Below are positions 35,207 to 45,151 of a stretch of 64,000 nucleotides of DNA, in pieces; the first letter of the stretch is position 1, and every line of letters starts with the position of its first letter. This DNA is from an uncultured bacterium (GTDB lineage: Bacteria; Hydrothermota; Tepidihabitantia; CAYHGV01). The DNA is taken from NCBI GenBank assembly GCA_964356135.1, contig CAYHGV010000001.1, positions 8,179 to 72,178 of the forward strand, written 5' to 3'. A program made the position numbers and the translations under genes. The notes under the pieces were generated by a model. It had not been told where the DNA came from. It saw nothing but the letters and a program-made list of their open reading frames with translations, and ran no database searches.

Positions 35207-36607
35207 ATGGCTAACATCGTTCCGAAAAAGACCGCGATGCGGGAACAGCCGGCCCAGGAACGGGTCAAAAACTTCGAAGAGGTTCCGTACGGCTACAGCC
35301 CGGAGGAGGCAATATTCGAAGCCAAGCGGTGTCTGTTGTGCAAGCGGTCAACCTGTATTGGAGGCTGTCCGGTAGAAATTGATATTCCCGGTTTTATTCA
35401 ATTGATTGCCGAAGGGGATTTCAAAGGCGCGATCAAGAAATTGAAGGAAAAGAATGTCCTGCCGGCGGTGTGCGGGCGGGTCTGTCCGCAGGAGGACCAG
35501 TGTGAAAAGGTCTGCGCCCTGGCAAAAAAATTCGAACCGGTTGCCATTGGTCGATTAGAACGATTCGCCGCGGACTGGGAAGCTGCCCAGGGCGAGTCGC
35601 CCGTTCCTGAAAAGCCGGCCCCCACCGGGAAAAAGGCGGCGGTGATCGGCGCAGGTCCGGGCGGTTTGACGGTTGCCGGCGATTTAATCCGACTCGGACA
35701 TGCAGTAACTATTTTCGAAGCTCTGCACAAACCGGGCGGGGTGCTGGTGTATGGCATCCCCGAATTCCGTCTGCCCAAGGCGATCGTCTACCGGGAAGTA
35801 GATTACCTCGTTCGGTCCGGGGCGAAGCTCGTCCTCGATTTTGTCGTCGGCAAAACGGCGACGATTGACCAGCTGTTAAAAGAATTCGACGCGGTCTATA
35901 TCGGTACCGGTGCCGGCCTTCCCTGGTTTATGAATATTCCGGGTGAAAACCTGAACGGAGTCTATTCGGCAAATGAATACCTGACCCGCTCCAATTTGAT
36001 GAAAGCCTATCTCTTTCCGGAGTATGATACTCCGATTGTGCGCGGAAAGAATGTCGCAGTGGTCGGCGGCGGAAATGTAGCGATGGACTGTGCTCGGACG
36101 GGATTGCGGCTCGGTGCGGATGAAGTCCGGATAGTCTATCGCCGCTCGAAAACCGAGATGCCGGCTCGGATCGAGGAGATTCACCATGCGGAAGGAGAAG
36201 GAATAATCTTTGAATGGTTAACGTTACCGGTGAAATACTTCGGCGATGAAAAAGGCTGGATCAAGAGGATGGAGTGCATCAAGATGGAGCTGGGTGAGCC
36301 CGATTCATCGGGTCGAAGAAGGCCGGTGCCGATTGAAGGTTCCAATTTCATAACCGAGGTGGATACGGTGGTGTGTGCAATCGGCCAGAGTCCTAATCCA
36401 CTCATTCCCCAAACGACTCCGGATTTGAAGATTGGCAAATGGGGTAATATTGAAGTTGATCCAAAGACCAACCGCACGGCTAAAAAGGGTTGCTTTGCCG
36501 GTGGTGATGTTGTGCGGGGTGGGGCGACGGTGATTCTGGCAATGGGTGATGCCCGAGTCGCGGCGCGGTCAATGGATGAGTATATGAGAACCGGTATCTG
36601 GAAATAG
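35207..36607 (+). CDS. NfnB/SudA/GltD-like NAD(P)H-dependent FAD oxidoreductase with an N-terminal 2x[4Fe-4S] domain.
   Basis: CLLCKRSTCIGGCP and CGRVCPQEDQCEKVC motifs. The dinucleotide-binding sites are AAVIGAGPGG and VAVVGGGNVAMDCART. The ORF track begins at GTG 35168, inside a palindrome; the ATG at 35207 is the more likely start. Confidence 0.85.
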   Translation: MANIVPKKTAMREQPAQERVKNFEEVPYGYSPEEAIFEAKRCLLCKRSTCIGGCPVEIDIPGFIQLIAEGDFKGAIKKLKEKNVLPAVCGRVCPQEDQCEKVCALAKKFEPVAIGRLERFAADWEAAQGESPVPEKPAPTGKKAAVIGAGPGGLTVAGDLIRLGHAVTIFEALHKPGGVLVYGIPEFRLPKAIVYREVDYLVRSGAKLVLDFVVGKTATIDQLLKEFDAVYIGTGAGLPWFMNIPGENLNGVYSANEYLTRSNLMKAYLFPEYDTPIVRGKNVAVVGGGNVAMDCARTGLRLGADEVRIVYRRSKTEMPARIEEIHHAEGEGIIFEWLTLPVKYFGDEKGWIKRMECIKMELGEPDSSGRRRPVPIEGSNFITEVDTVVCAIGQSPNPLIPQTTPDLKIGKWGNIEVDPKTNRTAKKGCFAGGDVVRGGATVILAMGDARVAARSMDEYMRTGIWK

Positions 36608-36707
36608 GCTCAACAAAAACAATCGGCAGTTTTATCCACGAAGTGCTTTTAGAAAAACCCGGATTAAAAAATTAAATATCCCCGCGCCGACGCCGGGCGG
36701 AACTTTT

Positions 36708-37826
36708 CTACGATCCTCCTGCCCGTCCGGAATTCCTGTTATCGCGGCGGAATTTAGGCCAGGGACTCGAGGCGAGGGTGCCTGACCCGACCAGAGCGTA
36801 GAGGTAACTATCATACGAGCCGACATAGACGGTTCCATCCAGACCGAGAGCTGGTGACGACCAGATTTCATCGCCCGTTTTGTGTTTCCATTTCAGGCTG
36901 CCATCCGATTTGAGTGCATAGAGGTAGGTATCGCCGGACCCGACATAGATGGTGCCATCCGAACCGACCGCCGGTGATGACCAGATCGAACCACCGGTCG
37001 CATATTTCCACTTGAGCGTGCCGGTCGGGTTTATTGCATACAGGCAGTTATCCTCAGAGCCGACATAGATGGTTCCATCCGGACCAATCGAAGGAGCAGA
37101 CCAGATCCCTTTGCCGGTTGCGAAGCTCCATTGTAAGGTGCTGTCCGGGTTGAGCGCATAGAGGTTTTTATCCTCCGAGCCGAAATAGATGGTTCCAGCC
37201 GAGCCGATTGCGGGCGAAGAGATCAACTTATCGCCGGTTTGATATCGCCATTTCAAGTATCCGTCGGGCTGAAGGGCATAGAGACAGCTGTCCTCGGAGC
37301 AAAAATAAATTGTTCCATCCGAACCGATTGCCGGCGAAGACCGTATCCAGCCATTGGTTCTGAATTTCCATTTGGGACTCCCATCACCGGCTATGGCATA
37401 GAGGGCGTTATCAAGTGAGCCGAAATAGACGGTGCCGTCAGGACCGAGGGCGGGCGATGAACGGACCCAGCCGCCGGTTTTGTATTTCCATTTCAGTGTG
37501 CCGTTGGGGTTGAGCGCATAGAGGTAATCATCATCCGAACCGATATAAATCGTTCCATCCGGTCCGATGAGCGGAGAAGAGACGATCGAATAGTTTGTCC
37601 CGTATTCCCATAGTTTATTTCCGTCAGCCTTCAGTGCATAGAACTTGGAATTGATCGAGCCCACATAGACCGATCCATCGGGCGCGATTGCGGGAGATGA
37701 CGAAACCTGCCCGACTGTCCAGAATCTCCACTTCAGCTTCGATGATTTTTCCGTGCAGCCGAACATAAAAACTCCTGCCATCAAGATTCCGATGCAGGAG
37801 CCAACGAACAATTTATGCCTCAACAC
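36708..37826 (-). CDS. Lipoprotein with about 8 PQQ-like beta-propeller repeats (BamB-like fold).
   Basis: Lipobox MFGCTEK, then repeats of the form G.LKWKY.TGG.I.SSPA.G.DGTIY.GS.D..LYA. Confidence 0.75.
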   Translation of the reverse strand: MLRHKLFVGSCIGILMAGVFMFGCTEKSSKLKWRFWTVGQVSSSPAIAPDGSVYVGSINSKFYALKADGNKLWEYGTNYSIVSSPLIGPDGTIYIGSDDDYLYALNPNGTLKWKYKTGGWVRSSPALGPDGTVYFGSLDNALYAIAGDGSPKWKFRTNGWIRSSPAIGSDGTIYFCSEDSCLYALQPDGYLKWRYQTGDKLISSPAIGSAGTIYFGSEDKNLYALNPDSTLQWSFATGKGIWSAPSIGPDGTIYVGSEDNCLYAINPTGTLKWKYATGGSIWSSPAVGSDGTIYVGSGDTYLYALKSDGSLKWKHKTGDEIWSSPALGLDGTVYVGSYDSYLYALVGSGTLASSPWPKFRRDNRNSGRAGGS

Positions 37827-37996
37827 GCACCCCCTTTGGATAGTTTTTATAGATGCCCATAATCGAATTAAAATTACTAAAACCTCCTAAAATAGGTACA
37901 ATACACATTGTAAAATATATTATGTTATTTGTTCTGGTTTGTCAAGGGAGAAAATTGAAAGGTTCTATTTGAAGTAGCGCCTACCAAGGGTAGGCG

Positions 37997-38563
37997 CTAT
38001 CTGCGGTAGGTGGCTTTAATTACTCCCCAATCGGTAGTATCTTCTTTTAAATCTTCCCAGACCCGGATATACCAGAAATTATCAATTTTGACCAGGCTGA
38101 GCTTTAACTTGCCGGTGGCATATTGATAGACCGAAAGGTCCAGTCGGAGTTCGTACTGCTGATAAAAACTGGCACTGTCCGAGGACGAATCCTGGGAAAC
38201 AGGCGAGAGCTGCAAAAATAAAGGGGGTAGCAGCGAGGAAGTATCCAGAGCGGAAAAGATAGAGAGCGTGACCGATTCCTCGGCGGCAAAATTCCAATTG
38301 CGCAACCGACTGCCAAGATTGGGATCTAAAGTATCAACCGGATCGGCGTAGAAGACAAAAAGTTCCCGGTCAAAGCAGTCCCGATAGTTGTCGATGTTCC
38401 GGGCATTGTAGGCGGAGACGAAATTCTTAATGACAATGCCGGGGGATATCGGGGCTTGGAAATCGCCACCGCCACCTCCAGGTTGGGGCTCGCGAGGTCT
38501 AAAAAAGTCGCAGCTAAAAACGGTAATTAATAGAAATATTGACCAGCCAGTTTTCTTCGCCAT
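37997..38563 (-). CDS. Hypothetical lipoprotein.
   Basis: Signal peptide with a VFSCDF lipobox after the MAKKTG start, and a Gly-rich linker. It overlaps the upstream outer-membrane protein gene by about 50 nt. Confidence 0.45.
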   Translation of the reverse strand: MAKKTGWSIFLLITVFSCDFFRPREPQPGGGGGDFQAPISPGIVIKNFVSAYNARNIDNYRDCFDRELFVFYADPVDTLDPNLGSRLRNWNFAAEESVTLSIFSALDTSSLLPPLFLQLSPVSQDSSSDSASFYQQYELRLDLSVYQYATGKLKLSLVKIDNFWYIRVWEDLKEDTTDWGVIKATYRR

Positions 38564-40187
38564 AGCTCCTCCTGACATTTTTGATATCTCCGACTAATTC
38601 ACTCTGGTTGCCGGGTTTCCAGTTGATAGAAATTCCACCCGTCTTGTCCCACCAGGGTAACCGGCCCTGGGTATAGGGGTTGTAGTTTTCATTTTGAGAG
38701 AGTTCAAAGCTGGGCGTCAGTGAAAGATGCTGGGTCGGCAGATAGAGGATTGAGACGCCGAGTTGCTTTCTCAAAACTCCCAAGCTGAGTGCATACCGTC
38801 CCTCCTCGTGGCTGAAATAGTCTTCCCAGATTGCTCCGACCGTCAATTTGGGTAAGAGTATCGGATTGTCTTCGTAGATGGTGGTGAGACTGTAATCCTG
38901 AATTTGGGAATAGCTGTTACGTCTCGAACTAAACCGAAAGAAAAGGTAATCGAATTTACTTGAGAGGTTAGCAATAAATCGCACCGGTGACAAACCCCAG
39001 TCTACTTCCCCGTCCAGATTGTAAAAACGAGTGGTTCGGGTATTGCCGCTCATAAAACGTTCGACATAGATGAGGTCTTCGCTTGAACTCGAGAACTGGA
39101 GCCGGGACGAGAGATTGTTGCGAACGTTAAGTTGGAAATCAAGGTTCATCCGGTCGGTGAGAATATCGCGGTCATTTTTATTCAACGCATAGGGAGTGAC
39201 GACCGTTTCGAGCGAAAGGCTGCGCTTGAACGAGAGATGACCGCGGCGATACTGATAGTTGAACAGAGCGTTGAAGAGTTTTTTGTCCCGATTTTCGTCG
39301 CCGCGCCCCACCATCTTCGCTTCCAGGGTATAACTCCGCTCTAAATTTAATTTCAATTCGGTATGGGCAGACGGGTTTAAGTGGAGGCCGGTGCGCAACC
39401 GCCGATTGTTCGATGCGATATCATTCGAGGTAATGAGCCGATAGCGGGCATTGGAGAACGATGTTGCTTCTTCAAAATTGATGCTGCCGATATTGAAGAT
39501 CGGGTACTGGAGTTTAACGGAGCCGGCTAACCCAGCGAGGTTTTTATCCTCAAGATTTTGAGCTAACGGATAGGATTCGCGGTTTGTCTCGCCGTTAACC
39601 GTGAAACCGAGTCGGAGTTTTTCCCAGCTGATTTCCTGGACCGGTTCGATGCCGAAATAAGCTCTTCGGTTCATCGACTGGGCAAGGGAGTAATTGGTCA
39701 ACCCGCCGATGAAGAGAACATTACCGAACTGACCCTTCAGCTCGTGTTCTTCTTCAATCCCGCTGCCCGGGATGTCGAGAGCTTTGAAGATCCGCTGGCC
39801 AAGGCTGTTTCGAAAATAAAAATTCTGGTTCTGGAGGATGAGTTCGCCGGCTAAGAGACTATTTTCGGTTTTGAGGAGATAGGCGCCAGCCTGATAGCGA
39901 TTCAAACCGCCGTTGGAGACGAGATTAAAACTGAGGAACGGCAGCGGATTGAAATAGAATTTCAAATTATAACCGGAATCTTTTATTAGCTGATTGAAAA
40001 CTCGATTCTCCCGGTCGGTCCGAATAATCTCCACATCGAGGCGGTGTTTGCCGATTTTGAATCCGGAGAGATAGAAATGATGGTTTAAGAAGGCGACATC
40101 TCTATATGATGAATAGGAAGAAGTGAAATTTCCTAATCCCCAAACGCTGCTATAAACGGAGACGAGCCAGAGCGTCAGCGAGCGCAC
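38514..40187 (-). CDS. Putative outer-membrane beta-barrel protein.
   Basis: N-terminal signal-like sequence, alternating beta-strand pattern, and a C-terminal aromatic residue (..INYRF), which is the outer-membrane-protein signature. Confidence 0.5.
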   Translation of the reverse strand: MRSLTLWLVSVYSSVWGLGNFTSSYSSYRDVAFLNHHFYLSGFKIGKHRLDVEIIRTDRENRVFNQLIKDSGYNLKFYFNPLPFLSFNLVSNGGLNRYQAGAYLLKTENSLLAGELILQNQNFYFRNSLGQRIFKALDIPGSGIEEEHELKGQFGNVLFIGGLTNYSLAQSMNRRAYFGIEPVQEISWEKLRLGFTVNGETNRESYPLAQNLEDKNLAGLAGSVKLQYPIFNIGSINFEEATSFSNARYRLITSNDIASNNRRLRTGLHLNPSAHTELKLNLERSYTLEAKMVGRGDENRDKKLFNALFNYQYRRGHLSFKRSLSLETVVTPYALNKNDRDILTDRMNLDFQLNVRNNLSSRLQFSSSSEDLIYVERFMSGNTRTTRFYNLDGEVDWGLSPVRFIANLSSKFDYLFFRFSSRRNSYSQIQDYSLTTIYEDNPILLPKLTVGAIWEDYFSHEEGRYALSLGVLRKQLGVSILYLPTQHLSLTPSFELSQNENYNPYTQGRLPWWDKTGGISINWKPGNQSELVGDIKNVRRSYGEENWLVNISINYRF

Positions 40188-41001
40188 AGAATTCCTGTAT
40201 GGAAAGGGTTTCCGCCCGGCGGCTTAAACTGATGCCGGTCGCCGATTCGACCTCGACAAGCTTCGATTTATCGATTGCCAGGTTTCGGGCGAGACTGTTG
40301 GCTAAGGTCTTACGCCGCTGAGCAAATGAAGCCCGGACGACGCGGAAGAAAAAATCTTCGTTCGCGGGGATCGTCGGACTTTTCGTTCTTTCCACCCGGA
40401 TGGCGGCAGATGAAACCTTAGGACGAGGCGAGAAAAACCGGGGCGGAATTGAGAAGAGCGGTTTCCGCCGGGTATAGAGCTCAAAAACAACCGTAATTGA
40501 GCCGTACTCCTTGGTTCCCGGCCGGGCACAGAGCCGCCGGGCGAATTCTCTTTGCAGGGTTAAGACGGCACAATCCCAGTAATCCCGATAGTGCAAGAGG
40601 TGAAAGAGAATCGGGGTCGACAGGGAATAGGGGAGATTGCCGATAATTTTTAGCGGTCCAAAGGTCGAGAGGTCAACCTTCAGTATATCTTCATTTATAT
40701 TTAGAACATTTGCAAACTCTTCGGTCGCATCGATGAGGGCGGCGAACAAGAACCGGTCAATTTCGACCGCATAGACCTGCTTCGCTTTTCTGGCTAAGCG
40801 CCGGGTAAGCATCCCTTTGCCGGCACCAATTTCTAACACAACATCATCGGATTCAATCCCCACTGCTTCGACCAAACGGTCGGCAATTCGATTCGAAGTG
40901 AGAAAAACCTGACCCCAGCGCTTCTTGGGATGGAATTTAACCCCGATTTCCCGGACTCGCGCTTCACCAGCCGGCACAGCACCAGGGTAAGGGTAGTTCA
41001 T
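40150..41001 (-). CDS. rsmA: 16S rRNA (adenine1518/1519-N6)-dimethyltransferase.
   Basis: WGQVFL (the FGQNFL motif), LEIGAGKGMLT, and IIGNLPYSLSTPILF. Confidence 0.9.
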   Translation of the reverse strand: MNYPYPGAVPAGEARVREIGVKFHPKKRWGQVFLTSNRIADRLVEAVGIESDDVVLEIGAGKGMLTRRLARKAKQVYAVEIDRFLFAALIDATEEFANVLNINEDILKVDLSTFGPLKIIGNLPYSLSTPILFHLLHYRDYWDCAVLTLQREFARRLCARPGTKEYGSITVVFELYTRRKPLFSIPPRFFSPRPKVSSAAIRVERTKSPTIPANEDFFFRVVRASFAQRRKTLANSLARNLAIDKSKLVEVESATGISLSRRAETLSIQEFCALADALARLRL

Positions 41002-41061
41002 GTGAATTACTGGTTAAATTCCGCAGTTATCGAAACCCCGATCGGCGATGAATACTCGGGG

Positions 41062-41838
41062 TTAACTGATGCTGAAGCACCGTTTGCCATTTTCACAGGT
41101 AACCTGCGCAAGTTCGCCGCTCGCGATCCCACGTGCCTGCGCCATCGCCTCCACGACAAAGCTGACAAACCGGGGTTCATTCCGTTTGCCGCGCTCGGGT
41201 TGGGGTACGAGATAGGGGCAGTCGGTCTCGGCAAGAAGCCGGTCGATGGGCGCAGTTTTAATAATTGATTTGAGTTCCAGACCGTTGAATGTTATCGAAC
41301 CGGAAAAGGAAAGGAAGAAGCCGAGGTTGAGAGCTTCCCGGGCAAACGGCTGGTCGCCGGAGAAGCAGTGCATTACGCCGCTACAATAGTTTTCCGCTTT
41401 CAAGATCTTGAGCGCTTCACTGTGGCCGTTGCGGATGTGGATAATGAGCGGCAGGTTCAATTCTTGGGCTAACCGAATCTGGTGTGTGAATGCCCGGTGC
41501 TGGTTTTCCGGTTTTGAATAGTTGCGATAGAAGTCAAGGCCGGTCTCGCCAATCGCTTTGACCTTCGGATGGCGGGCAAGCTTTTTCAGGTCTTCGATAG
41601 TTTCTTCGGTCCAGGAATCGGCGTCATGGGGGTGAACCCCGACTGCGCCGTAGATCTGAGGATACCGGCTGGCGAGTTCAATCGCGCTCCGGCTCGTTGG
41701 CAGGTCATAGCCGACACAGAGGATATAGGCGATTCCTTGTTCAAGGGCTCGATTGATGACCGCATCCCGGTCATGGTCGAATGCTCGGTCGGTTAGATGG
41801 GCGTGAGTGTCGAAAAGGCAGGGATCAGGGGTGAGCAT
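41062..41838 (-). CDS. tatD: TatD-family metal-dependent DNase/hydrolase.
   Basis: N-terminal LFDTHAHL, an internal GETGLD stretch, and a C-terminal ETDCPYL stretch. Confidence 0.85.
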   Translation of the reverse strand: MLTPDPCLFDTHAHLTDRAFDHDRDAVINRALEQGIAYILCVGYDLPTSRSAIELASRYPQIYGAVGVHPHDADSWTEETIEDLKKLARHPKVKAIGETGLDFYRNYSKPENQHRAFTHQIRLAQELNLPLIIHIRNGHSEALKILKAENYCSGVMHCFSGDQPFAREALNLGFFLSFSGSITFNGLELKSIIKTAPIDRLLAETDCPYLVPQPERGKRNEPRFVSFVVEAMAQARGIASGELAQVTCENGKRCFSIS

Positions 41839-41992
41839 TTAGGAGTTAGGAGACATCAGTAAGATGCAGTGTATCCGCGTTATTCAGTGTCAAACTCCGT
41901 GGTTATCTGCGTTTTCGATAAAGTTGTGGGATTTTCTACTTCGTGAGACATAGATGTCGAAGAAACAGGAAGTTGAGTTTCAACATTGAGGG

Positions 41993-43978
41993 TCAGGAGA
42001 CCGGGGTGCCGGGTGGTGCCTCTCGATCCAGTGTCACCAGGGAGATATCTTTGCCATCGGTTGCAGCCAAGAGCATGCCGTGCGAAACCAGGCCGCGGAT
42101 CTTTGCCGGTGCGAGATTGGCAACGAGGACAATGCTTCTGCCGACCAGACTTTCCGGGCTGTAAGCCTGTGCGATACCCGCGACGATCTCGCGCGTTTCC
42201 GTGCCCAGGTCGACCTCGAGGTGCAGCAGCTTGTCCGCGCCTTCGACCTTTACCGCCGAGATGATTTTGGCGACCTTGAGTTCTAACTTTTTGAATTCGT
42301 CAAACGATAGTTCCACCGTTACCTCCTGCGGTTTAGTTAATTTGGCGATCTGGACGTCGATTTTTTCGTCGTCAATTTTATTAAAAAGAATTTTTATCGG
42401 ACCGACCTCGGTGGGCAGAGCCGGGTCTTCGGACTGGTCCCAGTTCCGCTTGCCGAAACAGAGCATCTCGTTGATTGTCCCGGCGGTAAAAGGGAGATAG
42501 GGTTGGGCAAGAATGCCGAGCGCAGAGATTAATTTGAAACAGCAGCTGATCGTCCGCTCACAGGCTTCGGGGTCGGTCTTGATCGTCGACCAGGGCGCCT
42601 GGTAATCGAAGTAGCGGTTGCCCTCCGCCGCAAGCTTCATAATTTCTTTCAAGCCGTTTTTCAATTCGAAGCGCTCAATCAGGGTAGTGAGATTTTTTGA
42701 CGTCTCTCGAATCATGCCCGTAATCCGCTGGTCGACCTCACGGTCGGGATGATGCTTTGGTACTCTGCCGCCGTAGTATTTCTTGGTAAAAAGCACTACC
42801 CGGTTGATAAAATTGCCCAGGATATCGGCAAGCTCATTATTGTTGCGGGCTTGAAAATCCTTCCAGGTGAAATCGACATCCCGGTTTTCGGGGAGGTTTG
42901 CCGCCAGGGTGTAGCGCAGCGGGTCGGGTTCAAATTCGGTTAAATACTCCGGCAGCCAGACCGCCCAGTTACGGGAGGTGGAAAGCGGTCGGCCCTCAAG
43001 GTTCAAAAACTCGTTAGCGGGGATCTCGGCGGGCAATATATAGTCGCCATACGCCATCAGCATTGCCGGCCAGACCATGGCATGAAAGACGATATTGTCC
43101 TTACCGATAAAATGGACGAGCTTTGTGTCCGGGCTCTGCCAGTATTCCTTCCATGCATCCGGTGTGCCCCTTTTTTCCGCCCACTCGATGGTCGACGAGA
43201 TATAACCGATGGGTGCGTCAAACCAGACATACAAAACTTTACCCCGGGCTTCGGCTAACGGCACCGGTACGCCCCAGTTCAGGTCCCGGGTTATCGCTCG
43301 CGGCTCTAATCCTTCTTTGAACCATCCGGCACAGAATTTTAAGACATTATCTTTCCAATCGGTTTTGGTCTGTAGCCAGTCGGCTAACGGTTTCTGGAAT
43401 CGGTCTAAGAGGAAAAACCAGTGGGTGGTCTCGCGTTTTTCCGGGGTGGTCGAGCAGATTTTGCAGCGGGGGTCTTTCAGCTCGAAAGGCTCGAGCCACC
43501 TTCCGCAGGTTTCGCACTGGTCGCCCCGGGCACCGGCTGTTTCACAATGGGGACAGGTCCCTTCGACGTAGCGGTCGGGCAGGAATCGGGAACATTTCGG
43601 GCAGTAGAACTGGGTGAGGGTTTTCGGTTGAATGTAACCTTTCCCGTAGATTTTAAGAAAGAAATCTTGGGCGAGTTTATAGTGGAGGGCGAGGGTGGTG
43701 CGGGAGAAATTGTCGAAGCTGATGCCGAACCGCTCAAAGCTTTCTTTGATGCTCTTATGATAGCGGTCGACGACTGCGCGCGGGGTTGTCTTTTCGGCTT
43801 CGGCTTTTAAGGTTGCGGGTACGCCGTGTTCGTCGGTGCCGCCGATATGAATTACCTCCCGTCCTTTCAGTCGTTGATAGCGGGTATAGATGTCGGCGGG
43901 TAGGTAGCAGCCGGCAAGGTGTCCTAAGTGGATTTCGCCATTGGCATAGGGTAAGGCGCTCGTAACGAGAATTTTCAT
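41993..43978 (-). CDS. metG: Methionyl-tRNA synthetase with a C-terminal EMAP/tRNA-binding domain.
   Basis: N-terminal PYANGEIHLGHL (the HIGH motif), a Zn knuckle CPKC...CPHC, and a C-terminal AKIRGLVSHGMLLAA tRNA-binding domain. Confidence 0.9.
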   Translation of the reverse strand: MKILVTSALPYANGEIHLGHLAGCYLPADIYTRYQRLKGREVIHIGGTDEHGVPATLKAEAEKTTPRAVVDRYHKSIKESFERFGISFDNFSRTTLALHYKLAQDFFLKIYGKGYIQPKTLTQFYCPKCSRFLPDRYVEGTCPHCETAGARGDQCETCGRWLEPFELKDPRCKICSTTPEKRETTHWFFLLDRFQKPLADWLQTKTDWKDNVLKFCAGWFKEGLEPRAITRDLNWGVPVPLAEARGKVLYVWFDAPIGYISSTIEWAEKRGTPDAWKEYWQSPDTKLVHFIGKDNIVFHAMVWPAMLMAYGDYILPAEIPANEFLNLEGRPLSTSRNWAVWLPEYLTEFEPDPLRYTLAANLPENRDVDFTWKDFQARNNNELADILGNFINRVVLFTKKYYGGRVPKHHPDREVDQRITGMIRETSKNLTTLIERFELKNGLKEIMKLAAEGNRYFDYQAPWSTIKTDPEACERTISCCFKLISALGILAQPYLPFTAGTINEMLCFGKRNWDQSEDPALPTEVGPIKILFNKIDDEKIDVQIAKLTKPQEVTVELSFDEFKKLELKVAKIISAVKVEGADKLLHLEVDLGTETREIVAGIAQAYSPESLVGRSIVLVANLAPAKIRGLVSHGMLLAATDGKDISLVTLDREAPPGTPVS

Positions 43979-44470
43979 AGATGAGAGTAACGGTTTTTAT
44001 CACAACTGTCAAGTTAAGCCATTGAGAGCTCTGCGAAACTACAAAAATTATCACGAAAGCACGAAAGGACGAAATTCGAAGAATAGAGTGATTGCAAGGA
44101 ACTCAAAGCCACGAAAAAATAAGCGTAGTATTTTCAAAAAGTTAGAACCTTTCGTGTTTTCCGGATTTCGTGGTTCACGTGATAAAAAGGACTTTTTCAG
44201 GGGTCTCCCATTAGAACTATGATTAACCACAGAAGACACTGAATCCGCCATAGTGCGTGGCGGAACGGAAGGGTAATTGTTTGTATTTCATTATAATTAT
44301 TCGGTGAGTTCCGTGTCCGCCATGTTGCGTGGCGGATCAGTGGTTAAAAATGATTTTTCCAGGGTGGCCATTTGTTTCGCAGCGTGTAGCAGAAGCAAGA
44401 ATCTACGAGTTCGTATAATCAGTCTTATCAGGACTGGATAAAAATCAGGTCTGTCCCGTGCAACGAGGGA

Positions 44471-45151
44471 TTACTTAAAAACTATAACCTTCTTCACGCT
44501 CCTTAACTTTCCGGCAGTAAGGTTGATAAAATAGACCCCCTGCGCATTACCGGTCATATCCAGTTGGAGATGATAATTTCCGCGTTCCTGCACGCCATCC
44601 GCCAGCCTCTTGATTTCTCGTCCGGCTATATCGTAGACGCTTAATGCAACCTCACCTCTTGCAGGTATTTGATAGCTGATTGTCGTTGTCGTGGAGGTTG
44701 GATTTTGACCAAGACGCAGATTTGGACTCTCTACTGTGAGATTTGAATTTTCCTCCACACCTCCTTCCGGACCTAATCTGATGAGATAAACATCAGCCCC
44801 ACCTGCCCCGTAAGAAGTAGTCATGCCTGCGATGATATAACCGCCATCATCGGTCTGCACCACTGAATTGCCCCTATCTCCACCACTGCCGCCACAGGCT
44901 TTTGTCCAGAGTGTATCGCCATTGGCATCAGTCCTGATGAGATAAACATCACCACTACCTTTGGTGTAATACCCGATCATACCCGCTATAATATATCCAC
45001 CATCACCCGTCTGCGCCACTGAATGGCCTGCATCCCAATCACCGCCGCCATATGTTTTTGTCCAGAGCGTATCTGGTGGTTGGGCAGGTACCGTGTTCGG
45101 AAATAGCACTGCTACCATTACCACTAAACCTAATATTTTTATTCTCTTCAT
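44471..45151 (-). CDS. Secreted beta-propeller-repeat protein with a type IX secretion C-terminal sorting domain. It is a paralogue of 49403..50392.
   Basis: Signal peptide MKRIKILGLVVMVAVLF. Repeats of the form DTLWTKTYGG..D.G.SV.QT.DGGYIIAG. A C-terminal NPTSTTTTISYQIP...GVYFINL...KKVIVFK, which is typical of the T9SS sorting domain. The ORF track extends to 45328, but that stretch is unlikely to be coding. Confidence 0.7.
   Translation of the reverse strand: MKRIKILGLVVMVAVLFPNTVPAQPPDTLWTKTYGGGDWDAGHSVAQTGDGGYIIAGMIGYYTKGSGDVYLIRTDANGDTLWTKACGGSGGDRGNSVVQTDDGGYIIAGMTTSYGAGGADVYLIRLGPEGGVEENSNLTVESPNLRLGQNPTSTTTTISYQIPARGEVALSVYDIAGREIKRLADGVQERGNYHLQLDMTGNAQGVYFINLTAGKLRSVKKVIVFK

Noticed and set aside
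44040-44200. tRNA or other known structured RNA in the long metG upstream region
   Set aside because: No cloverleaf-compatible sequence or conserved tRNA boxes (GTTC..A, TAGC) were found. The region is instead explained by a CACGAA-box element plus two TCCGCCA-N7-TGGCGGA palindromes.
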